The notes: generated by a model from the letters alone, not told the origin. 63,662 bases of DNA, filler included, from Lenisia limosa (GCA_001655205.1; 7 parts of 7 records of this genome joined end to end with filler, not necessarily neighbours in it); one strand, 5' to 3'; shown: positions 1 through 13,296, counted from the whole stretch's first letter. A program made the numbers and translations.

Positions 1-371
1 CCAGCCTCAGAGGACCCTCGACGAGTAGACCGCAGCGAACGATCACGTGATCAAGGGCGTGACAGGGACCCCAGGTATGGTGTTAAATATCCAGATTGGC
101 ACATGACCTGACTTTGTAGGGAGAGGCGTAGTCGAGGCTCACGCCAAAATGCCAGCCCCTCTCAAGGTATAGGGTTTATCATCATTGATTGTTTTGCTTG
201 AGTCTCACCGCACCAGGTCGAAGCGATTACGGCCGGTCGGTTCAGGAGCAGCCGCGCTCCAACATCAATGGCGGGTCGTCAAACTCAAGGGTCCGCCAAG
301 ATGCGTCTCTGCACCCAGGGGAGTCCCGGTCAAGATCGACCTCACAGTCACATCGCCGAGACAGGCTCTAG
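1..371 (+). CDS. 3' end of a spliced gene with an Arg/Ser/Asp-rich low-complexity C-terminus
   Basis: Phase-consistent GT-AG joins give ASEDPRRVDRSERSRDQGRDRDP|RERRSRGSRQNASPSQ|GRSDYGRS...SRSRSTSQSHRRDRL*. No family recognised. Confidence 0.45.
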
Positions 372-944
372 ACCTTCCCAATGTTGTATATGTTTTGACA
401 GTTTCTTTCTGAGTTTTTTGAATTATTTATGTGAAGTTTCTTCTCTTCTAAAACACTGGGATTCCAAGGTTTCAAGGTATGAGATGTTGAAAGCATTTCA
501 TCAACTCTGCAAATACCAAGGTACATACTCATCCAAGCCTTAAATGCATCAATAAGGTGATAAAAATACTTATTATATTGTTCTGTTTTTGATTGATACT
601 GGTGGCGAATAGTTCTTATTCTTACGAGTATTATACGATTCACAATAGAGGTCGAAAGGTAAAAATATTATATGCATATCATATACTCGTCAAAAAAATT
701 GTAGGGACCTTGGAGGAGTATACATAAAGTAGGACTCTATTGTACAAAAAAAAAAAAGTAAAATATAAAAATAAGTTTTAAAAAATAATCATTCGGTGAT
801 CGGATAACCCCCCCCCCCCAAACATGCCCCACAAGAATTAGAAATACATTACGAGACTAAGCAAACGGGGGAGTCTTCAGATTCACTCAGAGTTCATGTC
901 GTCCTGAAAGGGTGACTGGAAACTGAAATGAAAGCGGGGATTCG

Positions 945-1068
945 TGATCATCACTATCATCCACCAACATCACTATCATCATCCAGCAACATCACTATCA
1001 TCATCCAGCAACATCACTATCATCATCCACCAACATCATCATCATCCACCAACATCACTATCATCATC
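945..1068. repeat. ~22-bp degenerate tandem array overlapping the PSMA1 stop codon
   Basis: (CATCACTATCATCATCCA[C/G]CAA)n. Confidence 0.85.
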
Positions 1069-3275
1069 CTTGGTGACAGCGTCGATTAAGGCAGCCATTT
1101 CCTCTGCACTGACTTCAAAATATCCATCCGGTCCTGCCACAGACGCTGCCATGCATTCTAGGGGGTGACTGGAGCATTCCATGTACTATATACATATATT
1201 GGCGTTAGGGGGAGTGAAACGAAGGAAAGTAAGATGAAGAATATTGGCGTAAGGGGGAGTGAAACGAAGGAAAGTAAGATGAAGAATATTGGCGTAAGGG
1301 GGTGTGAAACGAAGGAAAGTAAGATGAAGAATATTGGCGTAAAGACGAACGTTAGATACAAGACGGTTTTTGGCACACCTTTGGTCAGTTTGCTTTCGGA
1401 CGTCAACGTAGCCTTCAGGGCATTGACTGCATGTTTCAATAGAACGTCTCGGTCCGCTGGGGGGGGGGGGGGTTNNNNNNNNNNNNNNNNNNNNNNNNNN
1501 NNNNNNNNNNNNNNNNNNNNNNNNNNNNNNNNNNNNNNNNNNNNNNNNNNNNNNNNNNNNNNNNNNNNNNNNNNNATTCATGCTGAACATTTCGGCCTGG
1601 CATTTTCTAACCGCACTCGTTTTATTATCACAACATCACTCTCTTTGTACTGCAGGGAGTGTTTGGGTAAATATGATCAATGAGTTGGCGCTACGAGACC
1701 ACTCAAGAAAATATCTAGGGAGAACTAGCAGTACGCTTGGGCCATCTCCACCTCTCACCGTCCTTAAACTCGTCAAGGTTCTTCTCGAGGTATGTCCTTG
1801 CGGATTGTGAACGCGCTCCGATAGCCTGGGCAATATGAGGGAATAGATGATATTCTGGGAAATATGAGGGGAATAGATGATATTTTGGGAAATATGAGGA
1901 GAATAGATGATATTCTGGGAAATATGAGGAGAATAGCTGATATTCTGGGAAATATGAGGAGAATAGCTGATATTCTGGGAAATATGAGGGGAATAGCTGA
2001 TATTCTGGGAAACATGAGGGGAATAGCTGATATTCTGGAAATATGAGGGAATAGATGGTATTCTGGGTGTAATGCTACCACTACGCTACACACCTGGGCC
2101 TTAAGATCGTAGAAATTGCAGTTTGGAGATGTTTCAAGGAGATGCGGTCCCAATTTCTGTGGAGGCAAAAAATAAAAAATATTTACTGATGTCCTGCAAT
2201 CAAAGCCCATCCACTCAAATTTCTCAAATAGCCAACATACGTCATATCCTGCAATTAACAGGCCAACACCATAGGGTCTATGGCCGTCGTGTGTTCTGTG
2301 TTGCGAGCGGTCGCCAATGGTCGCGGCGAGTTTTGCGGTCTGCCGGGGGTAAAATGAAGGAAATTTCAATGAAGAATATTGGCGTAAAGGTACTAATCAC
2401 GAAACAAATAATCTGAAACTAAAACAAAAACAAAAAAACAAGCAAGGGTAACATTCTTTTACATGGTCAAATTAATCATTGGTGAATCTGAGTGGAGATA
2501 AAACGAAATGAAAAAGATAAAATTCTCAACAACAAAGCCTTTGGAGTTGATATTTGACAGAAAGAAGCGCACACCTGTATGTTTCCTTCGTAGTAGTACT
2601 GGTACTTCAAAGACTCACTGCGCAACCTAGCGTGTGAAAAAAGAATGTATATCACCAGTGGATTGTTTATTTTCTAAAACGTGAGGGGGGGGAGGGGAGT
2701 AAAATGAAGGAAATTTCGATGAAGAATNNNNNNNNNNNNNNNNNNNNNNNNNNNNNNNNNNNNNNNNNNNNNNNNNNNNNNNNNNNNNATAGACAAACCC
2801 AAAAAAAACAGCTATTGGAGTGGGGTGGGGTGCCGAACAAATTAACAGTACGATCTCAGAAACATGTTTAGGCCAGAGAAACAAGGTGGTGATGTAAAAG
2901 TGAACCACAAACACTTTGGTCAAAGCTCTACCATCAGCTGTCAATCCAGAGAAAGCAAGACCGGATTTGTCGTCAATATCAAAGATCTTACGCTGAAACA
3001 GTGAGTCGCAAGTCGAAGAAGAACTAGCAGACACAAACCTGCGGAGAACAAAGGTCTGATGACTTTCTCATGAGGGCCATAAGAACAGTGTGATCCTTTC
3101 CTTTGATACCAACAGCGGGAGATCCTTGCTTCACGGCTTCCATTGCATACTCCATCTGGTAAAGTCTTCCTTGCGGGGAAAATGTGGAAATGTCTCCATC
3201 ATACTGATTTGATTAGATTAATAAGGCTAAGGCCCCCTAAAATGCCTGTTTTTCACTCACCAAATTACGAAACAT
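1042..3275 (-). CDS. PSMA1: 20S proteasome subunit alpha type-1 (alpha6), 9 exons
   Basis: Spliced: MFRNL|[35 protein letters not shown]...SPQ|[27 protein letters not shown]|[17 protein letters not shown]|[33 protein letters not shown]|[21 protein letters not shown]|[23 protein letters not shown]|[26 protein letters not shown]|CMAASVAG...DVGG*. All introns GT-AG. Confidence 0.95.
1832..2050. repeat. 30-bp minisatellite (~7 units) in a PSMA1 intron
   Basis: (AATATGAGG[G/A]GAATAG[A/C]TGATATTCTGGGA)n. Confidence 0.95.
2347..2455 (-). repeat. Family A 3'-splice-site-associated dispersed repeat (~90-110 bp), reference copy
   Basis: AGTTTCAGATTATT.GTTCGTGAT.AGTACCTTTACGCCAATATTCTTCATCGAAATTTCCTTC(A/G)TTTTAC-C(n). 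Other copies at about 1195-1345 (tandem), 2697-2727, 14490-14522, 15020-15075, 48582-48670, 55362-55400, 60376-60400, 62655-62760, 62985-63015. Confidence 0.9.
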
Positions 3276-3616
3276 TTTCAGTTGCGATAAAGTAATTAAT
3301 AAGATAAGTCCTACGTACGCCTATCGGTCTTCAAACAAATAAAAATGGCTTTTTTGGCATGTTTTTTGGTGGTTTTTAATTTAGTGAATGGCCCATATAA
3401 TGGGCACAGGTTCACGTTTAAACAAATGGTGTCATAGGTTCATGTTTTCTTACATACTACCATCATCTAATCCATCTATCGATCATCTATTTTATTAAGG
3501 CATGTTGAGATTGAAATTGACTTTCGTAAGTAAGTTGCCATATTAGAAACATTAGTAGGAAGCCTCTTCTATCCGCTTCTACCTTCAAAATTAGCTCAAC
3601 AACTGAAATTAAAAGA

Positions 3617-5521
3617 ATGACCAGAGGGGAAAAGGTTGAGACATGCTCCCCTTTATTGAGAATGGACAAGGCAAAGAAGGGTACACATTCAGAGCAAGTC
3701 ATTCCTCATGATGTAAGTGCTTGATGTTTTTGGTCAAGTCTAAATATGAAAATATCAATTTAAAATTACTGTTTTTCCCTGTCATGTGTTTAGATCAGTG
3801 TGTTCTTCTTCAAGCTGAACAACTACAGCCCAAGTCAACAATTGTGGATATCATCTGCCGCTGTTGTTCTCTTTCATGTTTCTGCCGCATTAATCAAGGT
3901 CTTCACGATGTTCTCTTTTTATGTTATTTGTCAGTCGCAGGAGTCTGATGTTACAGGAGTTTGCGTTTCGAAATGAGCTATTCTCTCAGACAGCCGGACA
4001 AATGAAGTTCTTGACCGCCGTGCAGTCTCTAACATACTGCTCTCTGGCCTTCATAGATATGTACCAGCACAATCGCACAAGGAAGTAGGGTACTTTATAA
4101 TGGAGTTGTTATGTGCACGTGTCCTTATTGAATTCTTCTGATTGTAAAGGGCTCCGATGAAGCTTTACCTTGTCATTGCGGTCCTGACCGCCACTTACAT
4201 GTACTCCACGAACCAGGCCGAAAGCCTCTTGTCCTATCTTGTCCAGGTTTGTGATTCGCATAGAAACAACTCTTAAAGCTTGTGTTTCATACGACGCAAT
4301 CACCAATAATATCAAAGTATTGAGAAAGTTGTCCTCAAACCACATCTATATTCTTACAAGGTTTCAGACAGTCATAAAGTCGCTGAAGCTGTTCTGTGTT
4401 ATGATCCNNNNNNNNNNCGGTGTAACAATATACTCTGAACAACAACACCACCAATACACTACTTCCAAGTTTCTTACAATCCAGTGACTCTGGGTATTGT
4501 TCTCTTTACGATGGCGTCCGCAAAGGACCCCGGACCAGAGGGGTTCTCGTCATATGGTGAGTTGTGCAGTCTATGACAATCTACTTGTCATCATCCATAT
4601 TATGAATTATGAGATGTCCATTGTTTTCCAACTCATTTCGAGAATTCTGTAAACCTCACGATACAGGTCTTATTTACGCGGTTTTCTCGGTTGTGGCGGA
4701 AGGTATTGTGTTCCTCCTCGAAGAAGCTGTGGTGTTTAAAACGTACCATTCCTCCCTGGCAGAGTTTATTGGGTATTCCAATCTTTTGTCCACTCCTGTA
4801 TGCAGGGAATTGACTAAACTGACCAGGGGTTTTATTAGCATTTAGAGAGTAGTTTTTAATCAAGTTACTGTTTACAGATGGTTTTGGTTGGAATGCTGGC
4901 CGTCAACCCTGCAAGTGAAATGGGTGAGTGTGTCTTTTCAAATATTCTAGATACTAAAACCCATTATCCAAGGTCTAGCTTGAGAAGGGCCTTTTTCTTT
5001 TAACATTTTAGTGACAAATGTGACTGATCCCATTTGTCAGTTTGCGATAGTAATCATGGTTGCCTTCTCGCTGCTTTCTTATCTTGGGATAGGTTTGTAG
5101 ACTGACTTTCTCCATCGTGATTGTTCTTCATCTTTACCATGCTTGGCCATGTGTGATTCCTTTCAAGGCTAAACACCCCTGTCCTCAACAATTATAAAAT
5201 GTTAATGGCGCTGCTGAAGCCTGACACTTCAGCTTTCATCCTGGTACTGGTCCAAACCCACGGTAGTGCAGTGGCTGTTATATCGTCCAATGTCAAACGG
5301 TGGGAGGACGGTAGCTTCTCAGTTATAACTAACATCGCTATTTGAAGTTGAAAATTTTATTAACGTTTCCATTCTCACAACTCAGAGTGGTCTTTATGGT
5401 GCTGTCATATCTTGTATTTACGAAGCCGTTCTCACTACAGCATCTTTTGGGACTTGTGGTGTTCTTTGCTGGTGTGCTGTTGTGCTGTTATTTTCAAAAC
5501 TCGATTTTCGTTTCTTTTTGA
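3617..5521 (+). CDS. UAA-family nucleotide-sugar/PAPS transporter, SLC35B3-like, multi-exon
   Basis: Exons include EFAFRNELF...LTAVQSLTYCSLAFID, APMKLYLVIAVLT...STNQAESLLSYLVQ|TVIKSLKLFCVMI, TLGIVLFTMAS, GLIYAVFSVVAEGIVFLLEEAVVFKTYHSS, FILVLVQTHGSAVAVISSNVKR|VVFMVLSYLVFTKPFSLQHLL. These are colinear with remembered SLC35B3 motifs. Start and one internal exon are uncertain. Confidence 0.82.
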
Positions 5522-5789
5522 TATTCTAGGTCTCTTGATGAAGAACAACAAACAGAATTCTTCAAAGCCTTGATTTTTTTTTGTTTGTATTTTATTGTTA
5601 CTTAATGTTTCCGATTTCAAGTATTTATTTTAATGTTACTATCCAGGAGGTCCTCGGTTACTATTTAATCTACCTACCACTACTCATTGTATGTGGTTGA
5701 ATAAATTTGGGAATGAAATCAGAGATTTACTGCATCTTTCCCACTTTTTTTATATCAATACATGAGACGAGATGGTGATGACGACTCAG

Positions 5790-7783
5790 CTATGAAGCTT
5801 CATTGTGATAACTGGCTGAGTTACAGCATAATTTAAGCTTGAGAGTGTTCTTGGCTAGTCTTTCTGCTCGCTTTGCTTCCAGCTAAATGGGTCAAAGATA
5901 AAACCTTCATTTCTTTCCAAAAAATAGCAAAGTTACAAGACTGAATTGGGCAAGAAATTTCGAGACCCCCCACTTCAGCAAGGTATGTAGTTGATGTGTA
6001 ATTTCGTTTAGCCGAAAGAGGCCTAAATGGTCAGAATAGCTATCTACGCTGAGGTAACACTCTGAAAGCGGAGAGTTACAGGGCAAATGATTGGGTGAAT
6101 TAATACAATACAATTGCAATCCCAATGTGATGATGGGGACTCAAAAAGAATAATTAATACCCAGCGAACAAAGTAATACTCATATCATTCAGAATAACCA
6201 GTTCTGAAGATCCAGCTTACCGTTTTATGGTTGACTGCTTCTCAAACTTCGAAAAGTCATCATAGGATTGTGATCGATTTTTGGCCGTTAGCCTCTTGGA
6301 GGACAAAAACTCCTGAATGCTGTGAGGCTTCATTTTTTTTCAATAAATAGAGAATTCTGTTTCAATGTGAAAGAACAAATAATAGGAGCCCACTTTTTCG
6401 GCCCTCCTTGCTTCTCGTAGTTCCTCCTTCGACTCCTTCTCTAATCGCCTATATCTAAACAATCAGCTCTGAAGGAATGGATTTGTGTTTTCACTCCTTC
6501 AACACAAATTGATAGAGTGTCCGAGTATAACTTTGATTCGCTCAGTATATACATGTAGTGCAAAAAAATGAGAAACTATATTATAATATATCATATGATA
6601 TGATGTAATACAATACCATATTCCCTCTTTCCAAAACACTCACTTTGCTGCCATATTTTGGCTTCGTTGCGTCTGTAGAACCGCTTGTTTCGCTTTTGAG
6701 TCTATTTCCTGCTCCTTATGCAAACGCTTAATGGATGCCTGATATGTGAGCAGTATCCATCCACATAAGATAATATATCAACTAATTAGGTGTAACTTGT
6801 TGAAATGAAAGGAGCTGAAATAGTTTTTACCCAAAAGGCAACCGCAGACTTCAGCTCGGCGCTTCTCATTGAGAGATGCCTTGATTTTGGCCTTGATCTG
6901 TTGCGACTGTTTACGTTCAAACTGTGAGGTAAAGGGAAATGATGAATCCATGTGGGTTGAAATCCCAGGCGAAACGACATTAGAGACCCATGTGGGTTTG
7001 AAAAAAAAAAACACATAAAGAGAGCACTTCATCCCCATACTATTAGCTGGTCTCTATGAATGTCACCAACTTCCTGGCTGAGACTTCGGATTTGCTGCTC
7101 TCTTTCAATCTTCTTCTGCAAAGATTGGAGGTAAAGTAGCAAGGAATTTCTCATAGATTAAGAAATGTAATCTAGTATATTTGAGAATATATTGTGGAAA
7201 TCTGTTAAGACTCTTATAAATACGCAAAATTCTAATTTTTTTATTGCGTATATATTCCAATAGAGGTCAACACACAATGGCAAAGCGGTGTTTATTCAGT
7301 TTTACTCAATAATCTTATATCTTTCCCATGCCGCTATTTACCACAAACCCAACGTACATTGACGGGGTTTGTCATGTTGACAGAATTGGCATTAACCTTG
7401 AGAGTAAAACAAGCATTTTAAAGCCAACGTATCTACTATCTGTGTTTATAAAATAACCGACTGTGCTCATCAGTGCCCTACAAGAAAGCGTAATGAATGA
7501 CAAACAAAACAGTTAACAGTTGAAGCGATCACCCCCCTACCTGGGCTCTGAAGGCACGCCGTTGTGACTGCCAAATGGCCTCCATCTGCGCCTTTTCGTG
7601 TCGAGATGGCGCTGTCTTGGGTGGGTCAAAAGGGAAGTTCATATCAGACAGATCGATCAGGTTAGTCTTCTCGTTTTTTCCTGGTTTAACTTTTAGAATT
7701 ATTCTAATTTTATTCTCTCTCTCGGCAGCAGCAGTGGCAGAACTGCGTTTTAGGAGTTTTTTTTTGGTTTTTGGGCGGGGCAT
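5790..7783 (-). CDS. Multi-exon charged coiled-coil protein of unknown function
   Basis: GT-AG-bounded exons MPRPKTKKKLLK...RAFRAQ, KKIEREQQIRSLSQEVGDIHRDQLI, FERKQSQQIKAKIKASLNEKRRAEV, RLHKEQEIDSKAKQAVLQTQRSQ, YRRLEKESKEELREARRAEK. 3' end approximate. Confidence 0.5.
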
Positions 7784-8229
7784 TTTGACGGGTTCCCGAC
7801 ACGCACCGGAGATCAGCCGAGATTGAGACTCGCGTTATACAGACNNNNNNNNNNNNNNNNNNNNNNNNNNNNNNNNNNNNNNNNNNNNNNNNNNNNNNNN
7901 NTGACAGATATACAGATATATGGATTATGTATATCACAGCTCTATCAGAATATCATTATGTCATACACCAATCATATACCCTCAGTGCATCATACCTCCC
8001 TTCCAACCAGCGCATACCTCCCTTCCCCCACTATTCTAAAGCTGCATAGATTGCATAAAGAAGAATGTTTGGGCCAGGTTTGGTGGTGTTTCAGCAAATT
8101 GACACTGAATTGACGAGTTGACTTGAAATTGACAGGTTCTTACTATTGCCTGACATGCGTTCGAATTTCCCAACAAACAAACTCACACAGTTTATAAAGA
8201 AAGGAGCAACGACAGAAAAATGAGTCCAA

Positions 8230-9338
8230 TAGTAGAATGACAGATTAAGCCTTGATGATTTTGAGCGCAATATCGGTCCGAGCTAGGTCCTTTTCTGAGG
8301 CATTCTATGGGGTCAGGGTTGCTTAGACTAAACCAGGTCACAAACCAAAAACCGAGCTAAAGAGAGTTTGCATTCTAAAATTTCTTCAACAACTTTCCTG
8401 CAATGGTAAGTGTATCACAGTGTGGTTCTTATAATACACTTCAGCCTAAACGAGAGTGGTAGAAACAATCTTCAGTGACTGTAACCAATACAAAGTGTTA
8501 AGACAAACGGCGTCGCATACTGGTCAATGAAGTTCTTAGAAACGGCAGCAATGCGGAGAGCCATGTCACAATAAGCCATAGAGAGCATGCTGAATGGTAA
8601 GATGACCATTGGAGTCATGGGTGACAAAAGAACTTTCCAATATTACACAAAAACAACAACCTTGAGGATTGCATGGCTGCTTTGAGGAGATGGGACGCGA
8701 TCTAAAGCAGTTGGGATCGAAGCAACAGGTTAACGACCCAAACCTTTTGGAGGTCCTCTTTCAAGCTGTCTGGAACGTCCAAGTCCTAAAATTTGAGATG
8801 GAATGAGGCTACAGCGTGTTGTTACTCCATCGTACCAGAGTTAAGAGAATCATTGCGGCCGCAGAGGTGGGGTCTGATGCAACATGTGTGACAACATTTA
8901 CTCCCTCCCTCCGGTGCTTCTTTGACCTAAAGTGTTTGGGTTGTGGTTGAAAAGAATTTATACCCGTCCTATTCACTTCATTCAAATATTATAAAGTAGC
9001 TTACCTTTTTTTCTTTGAACCTGATGAGCCATACACAGTGGGGCGACAGGGACACGCCAACGCCACTGCATACCTAGAGGAGTAAACTGTTTAAGCTGTA
9101 TGGCACATATGGCACATCCAATAGCACAAGTTACACATCCCACCAGGGGTATTGGACCAGTAATTCCGGAGGACAGGGTTCTAAATCCGTGGAAGGCGAA
9201 TTTTCGACATTGGAGGGGCTCCATGAAGTACGGCGGAAGAACATCTGAGCCTCCGGGACTGCGGGGTGATTCTTTGGATATTGGGGGTGATACTAATTTT
9301 GATTTTGAAGCATAGTTGAGAAAAAAATCTGAACACAA
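8230..9338 (-). CDS. Probable spliced gene, unknown product
   Basis: Open segments SKKHRREGVNVVTHVASDPTSAAAMILLTL and KVLLSPMTPMVILPFSMLSMAYCDMALRIAAVSKNFIDQYATPF near plausible splice signals. Structure not resolved. Confidence 0.3.
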
Positions 9339-11044
9339 AAGATCTAACAGTTACGAATACGAAACAATGGGAGAGACAGTGCTTTATAGAGTGGGGGTGA
9401 TGCTATATAAACAACCAAAAAGTGAGGTGCTACCATGAACTAAAAAGGAAAATCGCTTGCTCTTGTTTCGCTAAGTACATGGGGAGCCAAATGCACAGTA
9501 CCTACCTTGAACATCCGGTTTGGAGAACATTACGTATGCTTGCTGAGACACATATTGTCTTTTGGCAAACATTATCATACTGGATGCAAGAGACCGGTTA
9601 GAGTGAACGTTCTGACACACCGGTTCTACTGGATTAGGAAACTAACAAAGGGAATAATGACAATGTGCTTATTCTGAACAGAGCCCGTCTCCAACCAGAT
9701 ATCAACAAAGCCCCGTAAAGAGCATCAAGAAAGAACCACCTAGAGCTGCCCATTGCTCTCCTGCCGGCCTGCAAAGGTAAAGGCATAATATATCATCCAT
9801 GACACTATCCTGGGTGATACCCCACCTCCATGACACTATCCTGGGTAATAGAAGCTTCCAATATCGATTTTTCAGCGAATTCCTAAACAGACGTCAGTCC
9901 ATATTTTGCACTTAAAACAGAATACCAACCGTTCTTGAATATTGGACAATTTCTTATGACTGTAAATTTTGTTCTCTTGAGAGAAGAGGGATTTGGTAAC
10001 GTTTAGGATTTGTATCGGCATTTCGATACCACAAACATGAAACAAACAATGTCAATTTTTTATCCAGACAATGGCATTAATACAAACTATCAATGTCAAT
10101 CTTGCAAACCTTCAGAGGGCCAAGTAAGGTTGCTTCAACAGAGAACTCAAGGAGACTTTCAGCAATGTTTTCGAAAGACTTGGCAACTAATATGTGAGAG
10201 GTTCTCATGGGTATGTAGTGCATTTGTAGGGGCAGATCAGTATATAAGCCAACAAGAAGTTGTAATATATCAAGAAGAGCAAACCATCAAAAGTCAAATT
10301 AATGAGATTGAGCGCAATGCTGGACTCCTTATCCAGCTCAGAGACTGAACCTCTGAAAAGAGTTAGTTGTGCAAGCGACGTGTGAGCAATAAATAAGACA
10401 TTATGGTATCTTGGGACTAAGTAAACTGCACTACTCTGAAGAAAAAAGACAACAAAAGTCCGCATACCCCAGTTGCATAGGTCCACCAAGGTTGGGGCCA
10501 AGTACACAGGCAAGAACACATAGACAGTTGTTGCTCTTTGTTGACAATGGAAGATCCTAAGTTGTTTAACACTTCAGCAACGGTGTCACCGCATTACAAC
10601 ACACACCTTCGGTATGACATCTTCAGCAAGGTGGCAACACGTCCGAATGACAACATCATCGATCAAAGCGTGTCGGAACGTGGGTTGGTCTGTAATGATT
10701 GGGTGAGGATGGCTCAAATACTGAATGCCATAGTATGTAACAGATCATATACTATTTATCCTGAATGACAAGCGCTAGCTTTCTGCAGCATTGCAATAGA
10801 GCCAAATAACATGAAAATCCTGGGGGTTTTTGGGACAATTCTCTCATAATGTACCAAGAAAACCATCCTCAGCATACCTGCAGAACAAGCGACAACAGCT
10901 CTCAGAGCCTGGCTGGCACAATCAGCCACCTTATCAGTTAGCAATTTATATTTTTCTATTTTGAAAAACAAAAGTTTGTAAATATGATTATATCGAGAAT
11001 TTAGAAATAAAAGTATGATATACATGTATTATGCAATATTATAC

Positions 11045-11225
11045 TTTGCTCAAGGTCCAAAATTATGTCGTTATTTCGAATTTATGTCGTTAATTATTTA
11101 CGGTCGCCAAATCAGCTATTCCCCTTCAAAACAGTAATATATTTCTGAGATATACACACTTAATTTGTTTATGAAGGAAAACAAAGAAAAATATAACCTT
11201 TTATTGATTTTTTTTTGCAAGATCA
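11045..11225. repeat. Dispersed repeat family F (two copies)
   Basis: TGCTCAAGGTCCAAAATTATGTCGTT...GGTCGCCAAATCAGCTATTCCCCTTCAAAACAGT.ATATATTTCTGAGA.ATACACACTT...GTTTATGAAGG recurs at about 62090-62255. Confidence 0.85.
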
Positions 11226-11510
11226 GCACTTTATCGTGGAAATTTAATTTTATTAGCGCCACGCTCGCGCAATTTTTTTCAGTTTATGCTCGCATTTTTC
11301 TCATATGTCCTTNNNNNNNNNNNNNNNNNNNNNNNNNNNNNNNNNNNNNNNNNNNNNNNNNNNNNNNNNNNNNNNNNNNNNNNNNNNNNNNNNNNNNTGA
11401 ATTAACGACATAGTTTAGTACCTCGAGCATATATAATATAGTAGTATATACATATAAATGATATAGCTATTATGTATAATAGCTATATGAAGTACCACCA
11501 ACGCATCTAT

Positions 11511-12939
11511 TTAGCTGATAAGATTCCAATACACCATGATTGGGCGTACCAATTCAGCAAACTGTGCGGCTGCCTCGACAGGCACTGACTTGCCCTTGCC
11601 AATTATGTCTTTCTGCAATGGTCAGAAAAAAAAAACTCCTTTCAACTAGAACCTATGAGTCATTGCACTGTGCTTAACATGTAATAATATTACTCACCAA
11701 CCGATCCCTTCCCATTTTCTCCGTTCCAATTTTCAACGACGTTCTCCTTGGTCGCATTCTTAAGAATGTCTAAAGAAGTTAATTACTATCGGGGACAAAA
11801 CCATACTTACGCAAAGACGTTTGCATTCATTTTCATGATAAAATTTTACCCCACGTCTTCATAGCATAAAAGTCCCCATACAGCTTATTTTGAGAGCTGT
11901 TTGGGGACCGAACACAACACCCTTGTTGACCAAACGCGTGACTAAGTTGCATGCTGACTGAATAATAAGATAACAGTACCGAAAAGGCTGGATGATGAGG
12001 TTCATCTTAATTCACAAATGACTTTAGTGGACAATTAGGCATTATGCTTCAAAGATGAACACACCTCTTCCTTCACCCCCATCCCCCACCATTGCGACAT
12101 CAAATGAACAGTAGTCAGCCAGAATGGACTGAATCATGAATCAAGTCACAACAGTAAACAAAACCAGTGATTAAGGAATTAATTGTCTCACATTAAGAGC
12201 CTTGAGGAAAGCAGGACAAGTGAGTTTCTGTAGGATTTTCGAGGACGATGTTGTTTCTAAATAGTAAACTGAGAAAATGAGACCCTTCAAAGGGGATTGA
12301 GTTGAAGGGGTCATTGCTCTTTCTACATGCATCCTGAAAATGAAGCTTACCAAAGGAAATGGTGAGAGCCAATAAGTCCAGGCTAAGGGTTGAGAGAGGA
12401 GGGGCTGCGAGGTGAATATCAAGTAACACTTTTGTTATCCATTCAAAAGTACAGCAGCAACATCTTTACTAACCTGGTGGGGTAGAAGCCCATTCAATGA
12501 GATGGTTGCCCAACCCTGAAGTTTCAATCTGTGCTACAAGGTTCTCTACTCCTGAGGAAGTTCCGGTTCCTGGAATAAGTGAGAAAACAAATCTTAAAGA
12601 GTAAAGGTTGGACACATAGAGCCTGTCATCTTTGATGTCAAAAGGGCGTTTTACTACACAGCCTTGACAGCGAACAACACTGGGTATGGTCGCAATATCA
12701 TCTCTCAGAGTCTATTTCAGTTGAATGCCCGAGTTGAATTCCCCAAATAAGAACAATTCCTTCATGTTGTCACAACCCTTCTAGACTAGCATAGACTTTG
12801 CCAAGAGAAGTTGTCCCTTTTCATAACATACGGGTGACTAACCGGGTGAAGCAGCAAGCGTGAGGCTTTGCCTGATCCTTGCCAAGGCAACTGGGAGTTG
12901 ATCGCGTGGTAGTTCAAGTAGCGTTGAAAAGTCTGCCAT
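11511..12939 (-). CDS. Multi-exon gene, unknown product, with ~25-nt introns
   Basis: MADFSTLLELPRDQLPVALARIRQSLTLAASP start; exons TGTSSGVENLVAQIETSGLGNHLIEWASTPP, ILKNATKENVVENWNGENGKGSV, KDIIGKGKSVPVEAAAQFAELVRPIMVYWNLIS*. Confidence 0.5.
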
Positions 12940-13296
12940 TTTCGGTTTTCCTGTGCTGTCTTAGCGGTTAACCGTAGAGGAGAGTAACGACAGGGGACAC
13001 GAATGAGAAACAAAAGTAAATGCAGCTGAGCTAACTATGGTAACTGGAGAATACTGCCTGATTCAAAATTCTCTAATGTTTATCGTTATAGAAAGGCACT
13101 CAAATGGCACTTCTTGCATTTTAAATATTTACAGCGCCGCACTTTACTTTCCCCCATTTTTGCCACGGTGTGTCAGGGCGGTTGCCTGTTGAATGAAGAT
13201 CTAACTGAATCACAAATTAATAAATTAATTTATAAAGTTATATTTGTTAGAGGAATCTTTATAGCAGGTTTCCTTTTAGTGCAGTTTCCCTCTAAG

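Noticed and set aside
11855-11890. In-frame UGA suggesting selenocysteine or UGA=Trp (also ~27520-27660 minus and ~51330)
   Set aside because: Explained by a 25-nt GT-AG intron or by reading the wrong strand or frame; conserved genes here end in ordinary TGA/TAA.
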